DNA of 40,745 nucleotides, taken from assembly GCA_002269645.1 (NCBI GenBank), contig NIVC01002484.1, positions 1-40,745 of the forward strand, read 5' to 3'. Source of the stretch: Macrostomum lignano. Lineage: Eukaryota. A model generated the notes under the pieces. It saw nothing but the letters and a program-made list of their open reading frames with translations, was not told the origin of the DNA and made no database searches. The translations under genes and the position numbers were made by a program. Positions 22,045-34,683 of the stretch are shown here, one piece after another (the first letter of the stretch is position 1; each line of letters opens with the position of its first letter).

Positions 22045-25000
22045 CTCTGTCTCTCTGTCTGTCTCTCTGTCTCTCTGCCTCTCTGTCTCTCTGTCTCTCT
22101 GTCTGTCTCTCTGTCTCTCTGTCTCTCTGTCTCTCTGTCTCTCTGTCTCTCTGTCTCTCTGTCTCCCTGTCTCTGTCTCTCTGTCTCTCTGTCTGTCTCT
22201 CTGTCTCTCTGTCTCTCTGTCTCTCTGTCTCTCTGTCTCTCTGTCTGTCTCTCTGTCTCTCTGTCTCTCTGTCTGTCTCTCTGTCTCTCTGTCTCTCTGT
22301 CTGTCTCTCTGTCTCTCTGTCTCTCTGTCTCTCTGTCTGTCTGTCTCTCTGTCTCTCTGTCTGTCTCTCTGTCTGTCTGTCTCTGTCTCTGTCTCTCTGT
22401 CTCTCTGTCTCTCTGTCTCTGTCTCTCTGTCTCTCTGTCTCTGTCTCTCTGTCTCTGTCTCTGTCTCTCTGTCTCTCTGTCTCTGTCTCTGTCTCTCTGT
22501 CTCTCTGTCTCTCTGTCTCTCTGTCTCTCTGTCTCTCTGTCTCTCTGTCTGTCTCTCTGTCTGTCTGTCTCTCTGTCTCTCTGTCTCTCTGTCTCTCTGT
22601 CTCTCTGTCTCTCTGTCTCTGTCTCTCTGTCTCTGTCTCTGTCTCTCTGTCTCTCTGTCTCTCTGTCTCTCTGTCTCTCTGTCTCTCTGTCTCTCTGTCT
22701 CTGTCTCTCTGTCTCTCTGTCTCTCTGTCTCTCTGTCTGTCTCTCTGTCTCTGTCTCTCTGTCTCTCTGTCTCTGTCTCTCTGTCTCTGTCTCTGTCTCT
22801 CTGTCTCTCTGTCTCTCTGTCTCTCTGTCTCTGTCTCTCTGTCTCTCTGTCTCTCTGTCTCTCTGTCTCTCTGTCTCTCTGTCTCTCTGTCTCTCTGTCT
22901 CTCTGTCTCTCTGTCTCTCTGTCTCTCTGTCTCTCTGTCTCTCTGTCTCTGTCTCTCTGTCTCTCTGTCTCTCTGTCTCTGTCTCTCTGTCTCTCTGTCT
23001 CTCTGTCTCTCTGTCTCTCTGTCTCTCTGTCTGTCTCTCTGTCTCTCTGTCTCTCTGTCTCTCTGTCTCTCTGTCTCTCTGTCTGTCTCTCTGTCTCTCT
23101 GTCTCTCTGTCTCTCTGTCTCTCTGTCTGTCTCTCTGTCTGTCTGTCTCTGTCTCTGTCTCTCTGTCTCTCTGTCTCTCTGTCTCTGTCTCTCTGTCTCT
23201 CTGTCTCTGTCTCTCTGTCTCTGTCTCTGTCTCTCTGTCTCTCTGTCTCTCTGTCTCTCTGTCTCTCTGTCTCTCTGTCTCTCTGTCTCTCTGTCTCTCT
23301 GTCTCTGTCTCTCTGTCTCTCTGTCTCTGTCTCTCTGTCTCTCTGTCTCTCTGTCTCTCTGTCTCTCTGTCTCTCTGTCTCTCTGTCTCTCTGTCTCTCT
23401 GTCTCTCTGTCTCTCTGTCTCTCTGTCTCTCTGTCTCTCTGTCTCTCTGTCTCTCTGTCTCTCTGTCTCTGTCTCTCTGTCTCTCTGTCTCTCTGTCTGT
23501 CTCTCTGTCTCTGTCTCTCTGTCTCTCTGTCTCTGTCTCTCTGTCTCTGTCTCTGTCTCTCTGTCTCTCTGTCTCTCTGTCTCTCTGTCTCTGTCTCTCT
23601 GTCTCTCTGTCTCTCTGTCTCTCTGTCTCTCTGTCTCTGTCTCTCTGTCTCTCTGTCTCTGTCTCTCTGTCTCTGTCTCTGTCTCTCTGTCTCTCTGTCT
23701 CTGTCTCTCTGTCTCTGTCTCTGTCTCTCTGTCTCTCTGTCTCTGTCTCTCTGTCTCTCTGTCTCTCTGTCTCTCTGTCTCTCTGTCTCTCTGTCTCTCT
23801 GTCTCTGTCTCTCTGTCTCTCTGTCTCTCTGTCTCTCTGTCTCTCTGTCTGTCTCTCTGTCTCTGTCTCTCTGTCTCTCTGTCTCTCTGTCTCTGTCTCT
23901 CTGTCTCTCTGTCTCTGTCTGTCTGTCTCTGTCTCTGTCTCTCTGTCTCTCTGTCTCTCTGTCTCTCTGTCTCTCTGTCTCTCTGTCTCTCTGTCTCTCT
24001 GTCTCTCTGTCTCTCTGTCTCTCTGTCTCTCTGTCTCTCTGTCTCTGTCTCTCTGTCTCTCTGTCTCTCTGTCTCTCTGTCTCTCTGTCTCTCTGTCTCT
24101 GTCTCTCTGTCTCTCTGTCTCTCTGTCTCTCTGTCTCTCTGTCTCTCTGTCTCTCTGTCTGTCTCTCTGTCTCTCTGTCTCTCTGTCTCTGTCTCTCTGT
24201 CTCTCTGTCTCTCTGTCTCTCTGTCTCTCTGTCTCTCTGTCTCTCTGTCTCTCTGTCTCTCTGTCTCTCTGTCTCTCTGTCTCTGTCTCTCTGTCTCTCT
24301 GTCTCTCTGTCTCTCTGTCTGTCTGTCTCTCTGTCTCTGTCTCTCTGTCTCTCTGTCTCTCTGTCTCTCTGTCTCTCTGTCTCTCTGTCTCTGTCTCTGT
24401 CTCTCTGTCTCTCTGTCTCTCTGTCTCTCTGTCTCTCTGTCTCTCTGTCTCTCTGTCTGTCTCTCTGTCTGTCTGTCTCTCTGTCTCTCTGTCTCTCTGT
24501 CTCTCTGTCTCTCTGTCTCTCTGTCTCTGTCTCTCTGTCTCTGTCTCTGTCTCTCTGTCTCTCTGTCTCTCTGTCTCTCTGTCTCTGTCTCTCTGTCTCT
24601 CTGTCTCTGTCTCTCTGTCTCTCTGTCTCTCTGTCTCTCTGTCTGTCTCTCTGTCTCTCTGTCTCTCTGTCTCTCTGTCTCTCTGTCTCTCTGTCTCTCT
24701 GTCTCTCTGTCTCTGTCTCTCTGTCTCTCTGTCTCCGTCTGTCTGTCTCTGTCTCTGTCTCTCTGTCTCTCTGTCTCTCTGTCTCTCTGTCTCTCTGTCT
24801 CTCTGTCTCTCTGTCTCTCTGTCTCTCTGTCTCTCTGTCTCTCTGTCTCTCTGTCTCTCTGTCTCTCTGTCTGTCTGTCTCTCTGTCTCTGTCTCTCTGT
24901 CTCTCTGTCTCTCTGTCTCTGTCTCTCTGTCTCTCTGTCTCTGTCTCTCTGTCTCTCTGTCTCTCTGTCTCTCTGTCTCTCTGTCTCTCTGTCTCTCTGT

Positions 25001-26035
25001 CTCTCTGTCTCTCTGTCTGTCTCTCTGTCTCTCTGTCTCTCTGTCTCTCTGTCTCTCTGTCTCTCTGTCTCTCTGTCTCTGTCTCTGTCTCTCTGTCTCT
25101 CTGTCTCTGTCTCTCTGTCTCTCTGTCTCTCTGTCTCTCTGTCTCTCTGTCTGTCTCTCTGTCTCTGTCTCTCTGTCTCTCTGTCTCTCTGTCTCTCTGT
25201 CTCTCTGTCTCTCTGTCTCTCTGTCTCTGTCTCTGTCTCTCTGTCTCTCTGTCTCTCTGTCTCTCTGTCTGTCTGTCTCTCTGTCTGTCTCTCTGTCTCT
25301 CTGTCTCTCTGTCTCTGTCTCTCTGTCTCTCTGTCTCTCTGTCTCTCTGTCTCACTATCTGTCTCTCTGTCTCTCTGTCTCTCTGTCTCACTATCTGTCT
25401 CTCTGTCTCTCTGTCTCACTATCTGTCTCTCTGTCTCTCTGTCTGTCTCTCTGTCTCTGTCTCTCTGTCTCTCTGTCTCACTATCTGTCTCTCTGTCTCT
25501 CTGTCTCTCTGTCTCTCTGTCTCTCTGTCTCTGTCTCTGTCTCTCTGTCTCTCTGTCTCTCTGTCTCTCTGTCTGTCTCTCTGTCTCTCTGTCTCTCTGT
25601 CTCTGTCTCTCTGTCTCTCTGTCTCTCTGTCTCTCTGTCTCACTATCTGTCTCTCTGTCTCTCTGTCTCTCTGTCTCACTATCTGTCTCTCTGTCTCTCT
25701 GTCTCTCTGTCTCACTATCTGTCTCTCTGTCTCTCTGTCTCACTATCTGTCTCTCTGTCTCTCTGTCTCTCTGTCTTTCTGTCTCTCTGTCTCTCTGTCT
25801 CTGTCTCTCTGTCTCTCTGTCTCTCTGTCTCTCTGTCTCTCTGTCTCTCTGTCTCTCTGTCTCTCTGTCTCTGTCTCTCTGTCTCTCTGTCTCTGTCTGT
25901 CTGTCTCTGTCTCTGTCTCTCTGTCTCTCTGTCTCTCTGTCTCTGTCTCTCTGTCTCTGTCTCTCTGTTTCTCTGTCTCTCTGTCTCTCTGTCTCTCTGT
26001 CTCCCTGTCTCTGTCCCTCTGTCTCTGTCCCTCTG
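22045..26035. repeat. 4-kb compound (CTCTGTCT/CTGTCT) pyrimidine satellite
   Basis: Mixture of 8-, 6- and 4-nt units; source of the 1650-, 1339- and 1163-aa spurious ORFs. Confidence 0.98.
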
Positions 26036-26042
26036 TACTTAC

Positions 26043-26069
26043 CGCTTGCACAGCCCATTTGCCCTCAGG
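26043..26069 (-). CDS. 27-nt micro-exon, copy 1, carrying ATG GGC TGT GCA AGC G (MGCAS-); candidate first coding exon of the antisense gene
   Basis: Minus strand reads TTTGTTTTATTGCAG|CCTGAGGGCAAATGGGCTGTGCAAGCG|GTAAGTA, with consensus acceptor and donor. ATG at 26058 has an in-frame TGA 9 nt upstream. The phase-1 donor fits the exon at 12990. Confidence 0.6.
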
Positions 26070-26177
26070 CTGCAATAAAACAAATCTCCCGACCCTGCTT
26101 GACAAATAATTTATTAGAATTTCCCCTCTTAAGCCTTTATTCTTGAGCCGTGTCGAGGAGTGAGAAAGTCAATGGGT

Positions 26178-27212
26178 CTCTCTGTCTCTCTGTCTCTCTG
26201 TCTCTGTCTCTCTGTCTGTCTCTCTGTCTCTCTGTCTCTCTGTCTCTCTGTCTCTCTGTCTCTCTGTCTCTCTGTCTCTCTGTCTCTCTGTCTCTCTGTC
26301 TCTCTGTCTGTCTCTCTGTCTCTCTGTCTCTCTGTCTCTCTGTCTCTCTGTCTCTCTGTCTCTCTGTCTCTGTCTCTGTCTCTCTGTCTCTCTGTCTCTC
26401 TGTCTCTCTGTCTGTCTCTCTGTCTCTCTGTCTCTCTGTCTCTGTCTCTCTGTCTCTCTGTCTCTCTGTCTCTCTGTCTCTCTGTCTCTCTGTCTCTCTG
26501 TCTCTCTGTCTCTCTGTCTCTCTGTCTCTCTGTCTCTGTCTCTCTGTCTCTCTGTCTCTCTGTCTCTCTGTCTGTCTGTCTCTCTGTCTCTGTCTCTCTG
26601 TCTCTCTGTCTCTCTGTCTCTCTGTCTCTCTGTCTCTCTGTCTCTGTCTCTGTCTCTCTGTCTCTCTGTCTCTCTGTCTCTCTGTCTCTCTGTCTGTCTG
26701 TCTCTCTGTCTCTGTCTCTCTGTCTCTCTGTCTCTCTGTCTCTCTGTCTCTCTGTCTCTCTGTCTCTGTCTCTGTCTCTCTGTCTCTCTGTCTCTTTGTC
26801 TCTCTGTCTCTCTGTCTCTCTGTCTCTCTGTCTGTCTCTCTGTCTGTCTGTCTCTCTGTCTCTCTGTCTCTCTGTCTCTCTGTCTCTCTGTCTCTCTGTC
26901 TCTCTGTCTCTGTCTCTCTGTCTCTGTCTCTGTCTCTCTGTCTCTCTGTCTCTCTGTCTCTCTGTCTCTGTCTCTCTGTCTCTCTGTCTCTGTCTCTCTG
27001 TCTCTCTGTCTCTCTGTCTCTCTGTCTCTCTGTCTCTCTGTCTCTCTGTCTCTGTCTCTCTGTCTCTCTGTCTCTCTGTCTCTCTGTCTCTCTGTCTCTC
27101 TGTCTCTCTGTCTCTCTGTCTCTCTGTCTCTGTCTCTCTGTCTCTCTGTCTCTCTGTCTCTCTGTCTCTCTGTCTGTCTCTCTGTCTCTGTCTCTCTGTC
27201 TCTGTCCCTCTG
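26178..27212. repeat. Second block of the CTCTGTCT satellite, inside a 1177-bp tandem duplication
   Basis: Lies between two identical unique islands of about 140 bp. Confidence 0.95.
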
Positions 27213-27219
27213 TACTTAC

Positions 27220-27246
27220 CGCTTGCACAGCCCATTTGCCCTCAGG
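27220..27246 (-). CDS. 27-nt micro-exon, copy 2 (identical to copy 1; ATG at 27235)
   Basis: Identical splice sites and exon sequence, offset by 1177 bp from copy 1. Confidence 0.6.
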
Positions 27247-27734
27247 CTGCAATAAAACAAATCTCCCGACCCTGCTTGACAAATAATTTATTAGAATTTC
27301 CCCTCTTAAGCCTTTATTCTTGAGCCGTGTCGAGGAGTGAGAAAGTCAATGGGTCTGTCGGACAAAAGTACATACTATTATTTTTTATTGGTATGCTGTA
27401 AACATTTCGATATACATAACGTCTATAAACTTATATGGCCGATATATTGGGCGCAAAAGCAATAAAATTCTAGCCTGTGTCTCCTGCCAAATAATATTGA
27501 ACGACAGTGATTGACAGGTGCAGCGCCAATCAATATACAGATCCTACGGTTCGGGTTAAGCCTCGCTTCCTGGCCACAGGAAGACTAAGCTGAAAAACAA
27601 AATTACTGACAGCGCCAAGTCAGCTCTTGGCAGGCAGATGAACTGCGTTTTGGTGACTGGCTTTGCTGACCGCTGTAGCTTATGGCTCCGGGATCCGTTC
27701 TTTGAGTCTTTTAGAAGGGCACTTTAGGATACAC

Positions 27735-28355
27735 CTTCCGCTGCTTCAGGAGTGCAGCCGCTACTCCCCCCCCCTACTTCAGAAGAGCAGCCGCTACTCC
27801 CCCCCTCTACTTCAGAAGAGCAGCCGCTACTCCCCCCCCTCTACTTCAGAAGAGCAGCCGCTACTCCCACCCTCTACTTCAGGAGAGCAGCCGCTACTCC
27901 CCCCCCTACTTCAGAAGAGCAGCCGCTACTCCCCCCCTCTACTACAGAAGAGCAGCCGCTACTCCCCCCCTCTACTTCAGAAGAGCAGCCGCTACTCCCA
28001 CCCTCTACTTCAGGAGAGCAGCCGCTACTCCCCCCTCCCCCCCCCTACTTCAGGAGAGCAGCCGCTACTCCCCCCTACTTCAGGAGAGCAGCCGCTACTC
28101 CCGCCTACTTCAGGGGAGCAGCCGCTACTCATCCCTCCCTACTTCAGGAGTGCAGCCGCTACTCATCCCTCCCTACTTCAGGAGTGCAGCCGCTACTCCC
28201 CCCTACTTCAGGAGAGCAGCCGCTACTCCCGCCTACTTCAGGGGAGCAGCCGCTACTCATCCCTCCCTACTTCAGGAGTGCAGCCGCTACTCATCCCTCC
28301 CTACTTCAGGAGTGCAGCCGCTACTCCCCCCTACTTCAGGAGAGCAGCCGCTACT
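27735..28355. repeat. Minisatellite of 30-35 bp (CTACTTCAGGAGAGCAGCCGCTACTCCCCC)
   Basis: Tandem units with a variable C-run. Confidence 0.93.
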
Positions 28356-28867
28356 CACTTTCCCAATCATCAACTCGGCAATGCATTGTGTCTCATACAT
28401 TCTATGAAATAATCGACAGATTTCTGGGAAAATGATAATAGAAATAAGTCTCAGGCCAGAGCAGGGTAGAAGCGGCTGAGGCCAACACGAAGAGGGCGCG
28501 GCTTCCTTGATTCAAAGAAACAACTTCCTAATTAGCTCCCTCGCGCCAGCCTTTCCTTCCTTTCTTTCCTCTCTCGGAAGCAGTTCGAGCGTGAAATTTG
28601 GCAGAGAGCTCAGCTTAATTGGCCGCCTCTACCGGCCTCCCCTACCTCGCTTTCTCACAAGCCGTCAAAGGAAGCAAAAAATATCTGGCGACGAGAGGAG
28701 AGGAGAGAGCTTGGGACCGGCTGCTCAACAAAAATTGACCCCATAAAAGAGGAGTGAAAAAGGGAAGATTTTCAATCGAGCAATCGTTCTCTCTCCCCCT
28801 CTCTTTCTCTCTCTCTTTCTGTGCTTTTATCTACTTCTGCTAGACTACTCTCGGTACGTTACAGAAG

Positions 28868-29445
28868 AAAGGAGGGAAATAGGCGACAGAGAGAGATGAG
28901 AGACTGAGATAGATGGGAGACAGAGAGATGGGAGACAGAGAGAGATGAGAGACTGAGATAGATGGGAGACAGAGAGATGGGAGACAGAGCGATGAGAGAC
29001 TGGGATAGATGGGAGACAGAGCGATGAGAGACAGAGAGAGATGGAAGACAGAGAGAGATGAGAGACTGAGATAGATGGGAGACAGAGAGAGATGAGAGAC
29101 TGAGATAGATGGGAGACAGAGAGAGATGAGAGACTGAGATAGATGGGAGACAGAGAGATGGGAGACAGAGCGATGAGAGACTGAGATAGATGGGAGACAG
29201 AGCGATGAGAGACAGAGAGAGATGGAAGACAGAGAGAGATGAGAGACTGAGATAAATGGGAGACAGAGAGATGGGAGACAGAGAGAGATGGGAGACAGAG
29301 AGATGGGAGACAGAGAGAGATGAGAGACTGAGATAAATGGGAGACAGAGAGATGGGAGACAGAGAGAGATGGGAGACAGGGAGATGGGAGAGAGAGAGAG
29401 AGAGAGAGAGAGATGGGAGACAGAGAGAGATGGGAGACAGAGAGT
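28868..29445. repeat. Compound purine-rich repeat (GAGACAGAGAGATGG / GAGACTGAGATAGATGG)
   Basis: Direct reading. Confidence 0.9.
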
Positions 29446-30209
29446 CTGAGAGAGAAGAAAACGGGGACGGGAGAGAAAGTGGCTGTGCAAGAGGAAGTGA
29501 AACAGGTCTCTGCTCGAATGAACTTGAGGCTGGCTTGAATCCTTTAATAGGATTAAAAAGACTCGGGTTCGCTAAGCAGCATACCGCAGAATCTGCAGAA
29601 GCAAATGTTTTTACCTTTTAGTAAATAGAGAGAGGGCCGAGTGGCTTCATCGACTGTAGCCAACAAGCTTGGGGTGGCACGCAACGCAAAGCAAGGGAAC
29701 TTCAGAAAGAAGAGAAACGAGACTCTACAGATTTATGGGCACTGTAATATTCAGCATTTTTCACTGCCATTTGATTAGTCAACCCCTAGTTGTCTTAAAA
29801 TTTGAGTCATTTCTACGTTTCTTTCACCACGTTGCAGTAATCTGCTTGCAATGTTTCACTGTAGCAATACATTTTTGGATTTTGATGAAGAGGAGAGACG
29901 GGGAGGCCGAGTCGGGGAGGGGGGGTGGCGAAGCGCGTGCTGAAAATGAATTTCCAATCGGCCTTTGTTTTTCCGTCTCTGCACTTTTACCTTTTTTAAA
30001 TCACCCGCGCAAAATCGGGGATCGGGAGGAGAGGAGCCTGGAGTAGAAAAGCATTGAAATGCCATAAATGGATTGGCAATCATGGGAATTAAATGATGGC
30101 ATTCCCTAAATTGGCAATGTCGAAATTTAGAACGAATTATGGAAATTTTTTTCCTGATCATTGAAAAATGCCATGGAAGCACGCATCACGGAATAGGAGG
30201 TCTGTAGAT

Positions 30210-31159
<950 letters not shown>

Positions 31160-31675
31160 CACGGTTCGGTGCAGTGAGTGAGCCAGTGTTTTGGTAAATC
31201 TGAACGTGAAGGCACAGCTGGTGTGTGGGAAGCTTCAGGAGGAGCAGGTGTTGCGAGGAACATGCCGCTTCGCCCAGTAGAAACCCGAGCCCGTGGAAAA
31301 GTGGCAAGTTGCAGTTGCACCTTTTGCGCCGGGGTCTGCAACACGCCAATACGAGCGTAGTTTCGAGTGGTTTCATTTGCTTCCCTTACGCAAACTTCTT
31401 ACGAGCAACTGCAGATCCTGAGGTTCGCCCTCGACGTAGCAGCATATCGCTGCCCTAATTTCTTCATCCATCTTTATTCCTAATTTCTCTCGCCCACTGC
31501 AATCAATGCCACGAACTTCTGATAAAAGTTCATTTGTGCTGATCGAGTTTTGAATTCATTCTGATCTGTTCTAGCGTTCTTATTTGCAAAGCTTATGCAG
31601 TGCCTGTTTTTCTTTTGAAGAATATCCAAATAAAATTATTTTTATAGGGTTTCGAAGCCCTAAATCTAGTAAGGC

Positions 31676-32045
31676 TTTTACGCACAGGGAGTGAGGTGGC
31701 TACATTGTTTGGGGGTTTTACGCACAGGGAGTGAGGTGGCTACATTGGTTGGGGGCTTTACGCACAGGGAGCGAGGTGGCTACATTGTTTGGGGGTTTTA
31801 CGCACAAGGAGTGAGGTGGCTACATTGGTTGGGGTTTTACGCACAGGGAGCGAGGTGGCTACATTGGTTGGGGGTTTTACGCACAAGGAGTGAGGTGGCT
31901 ACATTGGTTGGGGGTTTTACGCACAAGGAGTGAGGTTGGCTACATTGGTTGGGGGTTTTACGCACAAGGAGTGAGGTGGCTACATTGGTTGGGGGTTTTA
32001 CGCACAAGGAGTGAGGTGGCTACATTGGTTGGGGGTTTTAAGCAT
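31676..32045. repeat. 40-bp minisatellite (TTTTACGCACAGGGAGTGAGGTGGCTACATTGGTTGGGGG)n, about 9 copies
   Basis: CGCACAGGGA recurs at 31681, 31721 and 31761. Confidence 0.95.
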
Positions 32046-32199
32046 AGAGAGTGAGTTGCTACATAGCTCGTAGTTGAGCGGTTGTGAGGGTTCTGTACTG
32101 ACTAGAGTCCAGGAAATTTAAAGCAATACAAAGATTCACAGTAGAACAGTCAATGTAAAAAACTACAAAACAAGCGCAACATCCCGTTAATCTACGCAG

Positions 32200-32350
32200 G
32201 TAATTCGACTGAAATGTGAAGAGAAGCAGCACTGCCAGCTCGAACCAACCGGCCAGTCGAATCGGCAGGAATCGGCCCCCGATCCCTACGAGCTGGAGTC
32301 GTGCGAACAGCTGACTTCGCTTCTGGCTGTGACCTACGCGTGCGAGCCTA
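32200..32350 (+). CDS. eva-1: EVA-1-like exon 3, completes lectin-like domain 1 (VIRLKCEEKQHCQLEP...ESCEQLTSLLAVTYACEP)
   Basis: Acceptor CTACGCAG ends at 32199, donor A|GTGAGT at 32351. 151 nt, phase 0-1. C.....C and C......L.V.Y.C pattern of SUEL-type domains. Not in the ORF track. Confidence 0.88.
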
Positions 32351-32484
32351 GTGAGTTTCTACGCTCGTATCCTGCTTTATAGTGGAGGCTTGTTGATCTA
32401 CGCTCCTATAAAGAATTTTTCAAACCTTATCCAGACATTTTCAGAAGAGTGATTGTAGGATTTTACCACCTTACTTTACTGCAG

Positions 32485-32777
32485 ACATCAGCACCCGTTT
32501 CCTCTGCGCTGACACCTATGCCAGCATCGGCTGCGAGGACAGTAAACGGCGCCTGCTGCTTCTTGACGCGATCCTGACTGACCGGCACATTTTTCGGGAC
32601 TCAGTCTGCCCGAACACCGCCAACCCGGAGCAGGGGGCCGCCCGCTGTCCGACAGGTCCGCCCTAGCCTCCGTTGGCGGCGACTGCAACAGCCGACAGTC
32701 CTGCACCGTGGGCGCCGCACAAGGTGACACTCTGACTGGATGCGCCAGGCCTAACCTGCTGATCGCCTTCGCTTGCG
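32485..32777 (+). CDS. eva-1: EVA-1-like exon 4, whole second SUEL/Gal-lectin-like domain, with one apparent 1-nt deletion
   Basis: Acceptor TTTACTGCAG ends at 32484, donor G|GTGAGT at 32778. 293 nt where phase 1-1 needs 294. Reads NISTRFLCADTYASIGCEDSKRRLLLLDA...SVCPN...ARC, then after a shift at about 32649-32656 SALASVGGDCNSRQSCTVGA...GCARPNLLIAFAC. Confidence 0.88.
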
Positions 32778-32782
32778 GTGAG

Positions 32783-32902
32783 TGGGTTGGTTGGTTGGTT
32801 GGTTGCTTGGTTGCTTGGTTGCATGCTTGGTTGCTTGGTTGCATGCTTGGTTGCTTGGTTGCTTGGTTGGTTGCTTGCTTGGTTGCTTGGTTGCTTGGTT
32901 GG

Positions 32903-32933
<31 letters not shown>

Positions 32934-33178
32934 GTTGCTTGGTTGCTTGGTTTGCTTGCTTGGTTGCTTGGTTTCTTGGTTGATTGGTTGATTGGTTGAT
33001 TGGTTGCTTGGTTGCTTGGTTGGTTGGTTGGTTGCTTGATTGGTTGGTTCGTTGGTTCGTTGGTTCGTTGGTTGCTTGGTTGCTTGGTTGGTTGCTTGGT
33101 TGCTTGGTTGCTTGGTTGCTTGGTTGCTTGGTTTTTTGGTTGCTTGGTTGGTTGGTTGGTTGCTTGCTTGCTTGCTTG
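32783..33178. repeat. (TTGG/TTGC)n compound microsatellite filling eva-1-like intron 4
   Basis: Direct reading. Confidence 0.96.
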
Positions 33179-33211
33179 GTCCTCAAACTTCCCTATCGTG
33201 GACCATTCCAG

Positions 33212-33422
33212 TGCCACGCAGAAGCCTCTCAGGCGCAGGGAAAAATCTAGTCGATGGATACCCAGATGACACCCGGGACGAATTTGGACCGCATCAGAGT
33301 CCGAATTCTGGCGGTTCCGATGTCAGCAACGAGGCAGATCTTCAAGCCGACAGTCGACCACGCGCAGCAGCCCACCGACTCTAAGGACGTGACCAGGTCC
33401 GACTCAACGCCCACGGATTCTG
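33212..33422 (+). CDS. eva-1: EVA-1-like exon 5, acidic/Ser-rich stalk, with a net frameshift
   Basis: Acceptor CCATTCCAG ends at 33211, giving AC|VPRR as in the EVA1C-type YACVP. Donor G|GTAAGC at 33423. 211 nt, not a multiple of 3. The entry frame stops at TAA 33382-33384; the exit frame (…DSKDVTRSDSTPTDS) fits the last exon. Confidence 0.75.
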
Positions 33423-34683
33423 GTAAGCCGGAGGAAATGTTAGATGGGATGCTACATTGGAAACCGAGTACTAATCGGGATAAGGATTTGCCTTTTCATA
33501 TTCGTTCCGCCGTTGCTGAAATGGATTAAAACTACGGGGATGGAGAGAGTATTAAAGGATAAACAGGAAAAGAGGATCATATATGGAAGAGAGCGGCTGC
33601 TCCTCCCCTCTCACCCCGGTCCTTTGGGATCAGTTGCGCTGTGAAGGGTCGGGGACTGAGAATTGGCACGCCATCCATCGGCTAACGGGACAGCTGGGAC
33701 GCGGAGCTCTCAAAGTAGCGTTCCGTGGTGAGGCAAGGCCAGGCAAGCAGATTAGCCAGTGGCTTGGGCCCTGGTTGCTGGGCCGTACTGGCGAATGTGC
33801 CTGAGAGGGTTGGCGGCTCGTCGACATGCAAGCCAGTTTAAGAGTACTCAGAGAATTTTAAAGCTAAGGTAAGAGATACTATAGATTAGAGAAATAGCCC
33901 CTGAGAGTAAAGTTGAGAGGACAAAGGAGTGACACAGAGAACGAAAAATTGAAGACAACATAATGTATTATGGAAATTACGAGCTAGATTGACGTATACG
34001 ATATAGATATTGAAAAAGAAATAAAGAGGGACGAAGCTAAACGCATAGACACTCAGTCACACTGACTCAGACGCAATTATGCGACTTTAAGACACTCTCA
34101 TACGGCATTGAAACATTATCATTATAGCATAGATAGAAGGCTCGTTTAAGTCGCCATCAATTGAGTCATAGAGCCATCTCATGAAAAATTAGAAGTTCAG
34201 CCGTTGAGGCACAAAAACATTACTAAGACAAATAGGACAACTGACGCATGTTTTAGCGGCCTCATCTTGTCTCTCGCTCACGCAAATTAAATAAAGGCAG
34301 AAAGAGTGTAACGAGATGTCTAGGCGCACTGTAGCCAGAGTGAGAGCGCGAATGAGAGTGAAAGAGCCACGGCAGGACGGTCGCTCTCTGACAAATGTAA
34401 AACCTAAATAATTTATCACCATTTTACATCTCCACGCGCATCTGTCAGCTAGGTGTAGCGGACCCGGCACCGCATGCAGGACCTCCGGTTCGTCCTCCTT
34501 CTCTTCCTTCTCCGCCTCTCTGCGTTTCTATAGTTTGTCTTCTCACCCCTCGTTTCCATTTCTCCCCTATAGTGGTTGAGTACGAGCTTAGACGCGTATG
34601 CATGAATGGAAATGTTTTTTCTCTTCTAGGAAAATATCCCTTCGTTGTTGGGTTAATCAACAGGGTTGTCCAGTTCTGGTCAA

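Noticed and set aside
26036-26060. TACTTACC resembling the 5' end of U1 snRNA
   Set aside because: The downstream sequence does not resemble U1; the motif is simply the reverse complement of a consensus 5' splice site.
31160-31460. GC-rich island after the GATA tract as an extra exon
   Set aside because: No frame with compatible splice sites or recognisable motif, and eva-1-like exons 2 and 3 already join in phase with continuous Cys spacing.
32664-32666. Stop-codon readthrough or recoding at the TAG in eva-1-like exon 4 (and TAA 33382-33384 in exon 5)
   Set aside because: Exon lengths are not multiples of three and the conserved Cys pattern continues in a different frame, so an indel rather than readthrough explains them. 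No slippery heptamer was seen.
33439-34280. Possible solo LTR (TGTTAG...GGCA with GAAA on both sides)
   Set aside because: A 4-bp match is expected by chance, the termini are not convincingly inverted, and no PBS, PPT or second copy is visible.
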